A stretch of DNA of 64,000 nucleotides, from positions 310,001 to 374,000 of the forward strand of contig CBFFRQ010000096.1 in NCBI GenBank assembly GCA_965644315.1, given 5' to 3'. Source of the stretch: Caecitellus pseudoparvulus (lineage: Eukaryota; Protista; Bigyra: Bicosoecida). The notes beneath the pieces were generated by a model. The model did not search any database. It saw nothing but the letters and a program-made list of their open reading frames with translations, and had not been told where the DNA came from. Both the position numbers and the translations under genes were made by a program. Of this stretch, positions 61,301-64,000 are shown piece by piece. Position 1 is the stretch's first letter; every line of letters starts with the position of its first letter.

Positions 61301-63721
61301 GCGTCTACGCCATCTGCCTCCGCCACTGTCAGCGCGCTGCAGCGAGCCATGCTATCCCACGCGGCGCAGGTGGATGAGGGGGGGCAGCTGGGGCTGTTCC
61401 CCTTCGCCACCAGCCGGGAACAGCTGCCGCTGTACGAGACGGCCCTGCACGAGAGCTTGGGGCTGCGCCACGACAATGGGGGCGAGGTGGTGCTGCACCT
61501 AGCGGGGGAAGGCTTCGTGCCGCCGCCACCCCACGCCACGCCCACCCCTACCTCCTTGCGCGTGCACCCGCTGCCAGCAGTGGTCAGCAGCACTGTGCGG
61601 TGTGGCGCACAGGTGGGGGCAGGGGCGGAGTGTGCTCTGGAGGGCGGGCGCTTCGTGACGGGCATGGAGGATGGGGGGGATGAGGGGGTGGAGGAGGTGG
61701 AGGGCGGGCCAGACGCCGACAGTGGCGCCCAGGCCCGGCGGGCTGCCGCGGCACATGCCCAGCAAGGCATGCGTGTGCTGGCGGCGCATGCAGCTGGCTT
61801 GACTGCCGGCTCCACGGCTGACCTTGACGCCGCCGGCAGAACACCCCGCCAGGCCAGCGCTAGAAGTGGGGAAGGGGGCGCCTCTGCTGAGCTGGCCCTG
61901 CCGCCCAGCACGGCCCTCGTGCCGGCCCGGCGGTTCAAGCCGCGGCCAGGCGAAGTGCCGGCGAAGCACTTCGGCGCCCTGCCGCCGCCTCGCCGCTTCG
62001 TGCGGCTCCCGGCGCCGTGGCTGGGTGAGGCGGCGGCACGCCTGTCCGCTGAGTGGCTGCGCCTGGGGGATGTGCCGGCAGGGCACTGTGTCCACCGCAT
62101 CCTCGTCCTGTACAATTGCCGCAACACGCCGGAGCTGACTGCAGCAGCTGCCGCCGACCGTGCTGCGCGAGCCCAGGCACTGGGCGTGGAGGCGGCGCGT
62201 GCAGCGGGCAACGGCTCCGCTGCTGCTGCCCGGCTGAGCCACGGAGGTGGCGCCAGCGCCATGGGCACGACCCGTGCCAAGGGTGAGACGGCAGTGTCGG
62301 GGCATGTCCGGGTGACGAACGCTGCGACGGCGGCAGTGCTGCGCGGGTCTGGCGGTGGGCCGTCCCCTGCCACAGTGGGCGTGGCCAGTCGCAACATCGG
62401 CACTGGGCAGGGCCCACTGCTGTTCGCGTGGGATGCCGCCCACCCCCTGCTGCAGCACGGCACCCTGCGCATCCACCCCATGCGAGGGGAGGTGCCCGCT
62501 GGCGGCCATGCCGTCGTGCGAGTGTCGCTGCACGCGCCCGCCCAGCCGCAAACCGTGGACACGGACGTCGCCCTCCTCGTCGGCGTGACGCACGGCGAGA
62601 TGATGCAGGGCACGCGCCACGTCGCGGCACAGGCGGCACAGGCCCAGCGCAAGGTGACAGCCGGCGCCGGTGGCCTGCCTGACCCCGTGCATGTCCCAGT
62701 GGCGCTCAAGTCCACCCTCAGCCGTGACGCTCGCATTGGAGCTGACAAGGCGCCGCCCAGCGCGTTGCAGGGCGGCGGTGGCGGCGCCACGCAGCGCACC
62801 AAGAGTCACGGTGGCGCCACCGGCCGCTCTACCATGAGCAGCGTCGCGCTGGACCCGGCAGGCTCCAGCGCAGTGCTGGCCCAGGGCCAGCTGGTGCTCG
62901 CCAGCACATCAGGGGAGGGGGGCATGACCCCCCCTGCCTTCCCTGCCCCTGGCGTGGGCACGGTCAGTGCAGCCATTCCCCTGGCAGGTGCGCCTGCTGT
63001 GCCCACCCGGGCGCTGTCTTCGGCTCGCCTGCTGGCTCGCGCTGCAGCGCAGGAGGCGGCCTCGGCCGACGACGCCAGCCACAGGGTGCAGGTGCCCCCC
63101 CCTGCGTCGCAGCGAGGGGGGGTCAGCCGGGGCACACCCTCCACCTCAGGGGGGGGGCTGCGCCACGTATCAGCCGTGCCGCCTGTCGGGCGCCTGTACC
63201 TGCACGTCACTGCCCGCGTCGCGGCAGAGGACGAGTTCGTGGCGTGCCATGGCACGGCGGCGCTGGCGGCCTTTGGCCAGGCGGCAGGGCAAGGCACGAC
63301 TTCAGATCGGCCCCTGCTCCCCAGCCCCGACACTGGAGCCGGCGCGCCAGACTCGCCGCCTGCGCCTGTCAGCGCACGTGCCGACGGCGCTGTGGTGGGA
63401 GACGTCCTCGCCGACTTGCTGGCGGAGGTGGTGGGCACAGCCGGCGTCAGCAGCGCCTTGCAAGGCCTGCGGGCAGAGGCCACGCCCACCTTCCGAGACA
63501 TCGCCAAGACGACGGCAGGCGCTGATGCAGCGGCGGCGCTGCGGCCGGCCGGCGACCCGGCCTCCGCCCCCTTTGCCCGAGCGTGGGTGTTGGGGTCGCC
63601 CGAGGTGCAGGAGCTGGCGGGGCGCCTGGTGGAGACGACACTGCTGAACCTGCTGAGGGAGGCCGTGGCAGGCGACTTTGACGTCACCAGCCAGCCGCTG
63701 GCCCTGCACCAGGTGTTGTGA
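55364..63721 (+). CDS. CFAP65: Cilia- and flagella-associated protein 65 (tandem ASH/Ig-like domains)
   Basis: 2785-aa ORF. N-terminus FGIDC..W..W-x-PGGEY..KLTVKNVS..LPKTKIFFMEFP..LSSGMS, repeated 'F-G-x-V...LTLRN' ASH units, LWRQLSL-x-x-LN, and C-terminal LVETTLLNLLREA. Confidence 0.88.
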   Translation: MAGIRPMSRAERAAAFGIDCGGGIHWRGGTWSPGGEYSGKLTVKNVSMRMQKVRYELPKTKIFFMEFPDTLVLSSGMSVQLEVRFRPVRLTAYSDSITFTTEQGAFSVPITASLPRLAVEPPEDVAFGTVPVNETSVAPLTLRNVGEVPASIAWEVPAPFAVAPARAVLQPDSTMQVQASVLPSAAAVLQGTAVCHVTADGARSTYHVSLSATSRFQFIKLSTEVVDLGDALIRDGGKPYTTPITLSNVGPVPATVTLVPLERQATAHVKVHPEAAALPAGGSTTFTVQYTPAVHGMFTLERFQFRTPGGNAAQLTVTGRAVGPTVTLERKDPSTGTSAKGGQTSDGDVAEPLALSTTLLTAGVGQGRGGSNPLSFNFGDIDVGTSCTRVVTLRNHSKTTAFFAFDAAQGGVFDFAVAQGSVPAQLYTHVVVTFTPPSAGTFYRRVLCLVRDSTPVFADFFGSGKDATHRPMPLRQRHIDAYRLRPPPVLLLPPQHVTSIANALLARASAAAQAGDPALAGWLATTAPAAAAKPPPVGSGDGMDADFEALLGESKGVAAAPPGTREAGAAGGLSLWRLPLHLLEGDDAAAETLVQVHEAASGGGGGGGHGAGTAEAAVVGKAIRIGARAPFGLVSRTTLLQERELSLTTMGAAEVTRSGDMSRAAAALLDAHFQPQDHSTAPLALLVERVDFGHTAMGAPVTRKVRLANRTKGKMTVTWAVPRSAYAAGEAGGADFAVRPLVQDIDAESEGEFVLSFTPTADNVYFAQQLEAFVSPKPNRTFRLVDDVSLTPPVCLPLTVRGHTFSGLGQFLPRVACSLGGGHSHKVVLPTAMLGDSTHTTFQLTNEGDTPATFDFGEAGDGVWAVKPASGIIQPGAFALVTLRFTPSAPRTFTHTLTCRLNGGDTHTLTLHLLGTGGLPRLQLPRDGLVFVKPTCVGVASHATARLHNPTHLPLRYRLVLPEDAARQGVLSATPLEGELAGNAFEDVVLRFAPQAAGDHALKVGVEVFPAGRMDADWAVGQTSLDRLPTGTGYAAYAFTGGHISSGAVKVGGRVPTARLEDVSPPTEGVAPLQRLTLLVLSEGTGGALQFTPPALDFGTALVGSTLHRSVALHNISDCTLHFRVGAFVQRRGARGVPPVDARASLDGTAGVAAVDPPTADSEPDSDEEGEEPGKGAAAAAAALAATSADMGLASTSAGDALLDKASQVPLLQLDPPCGVVPAHAKVQMDVAFTPPDAAEYSFSLFYLIVSEAEVASGEAATPLLLLPGEDGSFRPLDLPAPQAAGDTPAISGPALDIAASAAAALAHAQAAAGGGAAHPAGEEGASTPPPDTQLAAGSATTLAAFDPLPIAQRGLVPPNTDPLWCHATAKGGYPSVTIEDARALCSRDALLYMFPSPPAPVAGGGSVVGGEAITLPLPPALARALALSPANRAISEEHFSAVGDMPHAVALMAAAGVDVEVQLAVTPDGTALASTALGQTGNGGLASGGAGSAVDGIPVGGNAVGGWGFFTFGPYLNVPEFEPLLAGAVRPPPPLHPIADISWTPGDVAGQRGGAMGGTAGVGGFWGPDARDVLTGVLAEHAGDSWEMDAARATDAAVLGEAGPGARSTVSSRKGVLGRPLPDAGVHVDPQPAVGSPALLWRQLSLSGLNAHLARSLTPGERSFNRATRNETAAHTLKTYTMEFTPAPLGSPPEVILLSLRNNGHLPAVLDFRFTHAHEFDVEPWAEVAAPSTSAVQVAELVARRVVDVQPRRAALQPGESVTIRLHYAYVTSLNGGRHDVAVILRLAQGKQVRLLLRGRTLNPAFPHLYLGLPRGVHRLAAVPLACAEVPFQPVLLRNPSAVALAFTLDPASLQDLAADNYGFPVFTAVAVDPATARAAARAKAVTAGTPPGADAATLLELDTALHRGIIPAGGHTTIWVRFQPLEAVEYRSRLRIAYSFAALQDEEWAAAAADAVQRTADAEAEAAESGMFGEGAGASTPSASATVSALQRAMLSHAAQVDEGGQLGLFPFATSREQLPLYETALHESLGLRHDNGGEVVLHLAGEGFVPPPPHATPTPTSLRVHPLPAVVSSTVRCGAQVGAGAECALEGGRFVTGMEDGGDEGVEEVEGGPDADSGAQARRAAAAHAQQGMRVLAAHAAGLTAGSTADLDAAGRTPRQASARSGEGGASAELALPPSTALVPARRFKPRPGEVPAKHFGALPPPRRFVRLPAPWLGEAAARLSAEWLRLGDVPAGHCVHRILVLYNCRNTPELTAAAAADRAARAQALGVEAARAAGNGSAAAARLSHGGGASAMGTTRAKGETAVSGHVRVTNAATAAVLRGSGGGPSPATVGVASRNIGTGQGPLLFAWDAAHPLLQHGTLRIHPMRGEVPAGGHAVVRVSLHAPAQPQTVDTDVALLVGVTHGEMMQGTRHVAAQAAQAQRKVTAGAGGLPDPVHVPVALKSTLSRDARIGADKAPPSALQGGGGGATQRTKSHGGATGRSTMSSVALDPAGSSAVLAQGQLVLASTSGEGGMTPPAFPAPGVGTVSAAIPLAGAPAVPTRALSSARLLARAAAQEAASADDASHRVQVPPPASQRGGVSRGTPSTSGGGLRHVSAVPPVGRLYLHVTARVAAEDEFVACHGTAALAAFGQAAGQGTTSDRPLLPSPDTGAGAPDSPPAPVSARADGAVVGDVLADLLAEVVGTAGVSSALQGLRAEATPTFRDIAKTTAGADAAAALRPAGDPASAPFARAWVLGSPEVQELAGRLVETTLLNLLREAVAGDFDVTSQPLALHQVL

Positions 63722-63733
63722 GGTCAAGAGGGC

Positions 63734-63741
63734 AATGCATT
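63734..63741. terminator. Palindromic AATGCATT, candidate bidirectional 3'-end/poly(A) signal (CFAP65 / KGD4)
   Basis: Lies in the 23-nt gap between convergent stops: 12 nt and 3 nt downstream respectively. Confidence 0.6.
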
Positions 63742-63744
63742 CGC

Positions 63745-64000
63745 TCACCAGCCGCTGGCACCGCCAGAGTCGATGGCGTCCATCTCGGCCTCAGACAGCA
63801 CTGGCCTGCCGTACCCCGGCTGCGTGTCCAGGAAGTCCTTGGACGCCTTGGAGGGGAACAGGGCCTCGAAATCCAGCGTGCCTTGCACAGACCCGCCCGT
63901 GCTGCTGCTGCTGCTCGCCTGGGCCTGCTCGCCCGCGCTGCTGGCTTGATTGGCCTTGCCGTGGCGGAATTTGATCAGGGGCACCCGACCACCTGGCGCT
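63745..64000 (-). CDS. KGD4: KGD4/MRPS36 (2-oxoglutarate dehydrogenase adaptor), 5' end beyond the window
   Basis: N-terminal PLIKF motif and C-terminal YGRPVLSEAEMDAIDSGGA. Confidence 0.8.
   Translation of the reverse strand, partial: APGGRVPLIKFRHGKANQASSAGEQAQASSSSSTGGSVQGTLDFEALFPSKASKDFLDTQPGYGRPVLSEAEMDAIDSGGASGW

Noticed and set aside
55193-63748. Many long minus-strand ORFs (up to 653 aa) overlapping CFAP65
   Set aside because: No protein-like motifs; shadow frames of a high-GC CDS.
1-64000. Transposons, endogenous viral elements, CRISPR arrays, prokaryotic operons
   Set aside because: No transposase, integrase, RT or capsid motifs, terminal repeats or spaced direct repeats seen; the sequence is intron-containing eukaryotic DNA.
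40626-64000. Apparent cluster of mitochondrial genes (RsfS fusion, microprotein, carrier, MPP-beta, KGD4)
   Set aside because: Interspersed with unrelated genes; cannot be separated from chance in a single window.

Overview
GC-rich, gene-dense eukaryotic nuclear DNA with short GT-AG introns (about 65-140 nt where I could resolve them) and very short gaps between convergent genes. The gene set (CFAP65, SPICE1-like, chitin synthase, ATG9, DIS3 family, CysRS, MPP-beta, DnaJ, mitochondrial carrier, p24, acid phosphatase, reticulon, OSCA-like channel, KGD4/MRPS36, tRNA-Ala) points to a flagellated protist, plausibly a heterotrophic stramenopile (inference). I can support about 24 protein genes and one tRNA. 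Most other ORFs in the track are antisense or alternate-frame shadows caused by high GC. Highlights: (1) the hexamer AATGCA lies 0-25 nt after the stop codon, on the sense strand, in 12 of 23 visible gene ends, and occurs as the palindrome AATGCATT between two convergent pairs, making it a candidate lineage-specific 3'-end/poly(A) signal; (2) a mitochondrial-type protein fusing two AP2 domains to an RsfS/Iojap ribosome-silencing domain; (3) three very divergent tandem PAS/LOV-like paralogues that share an intron position; (4) two small spliced genes not recovered by the ORF track (TMEM230-like and a 65-aa single-TM microprotein). All family assignments come from motif recognition by eye; no searches were run.
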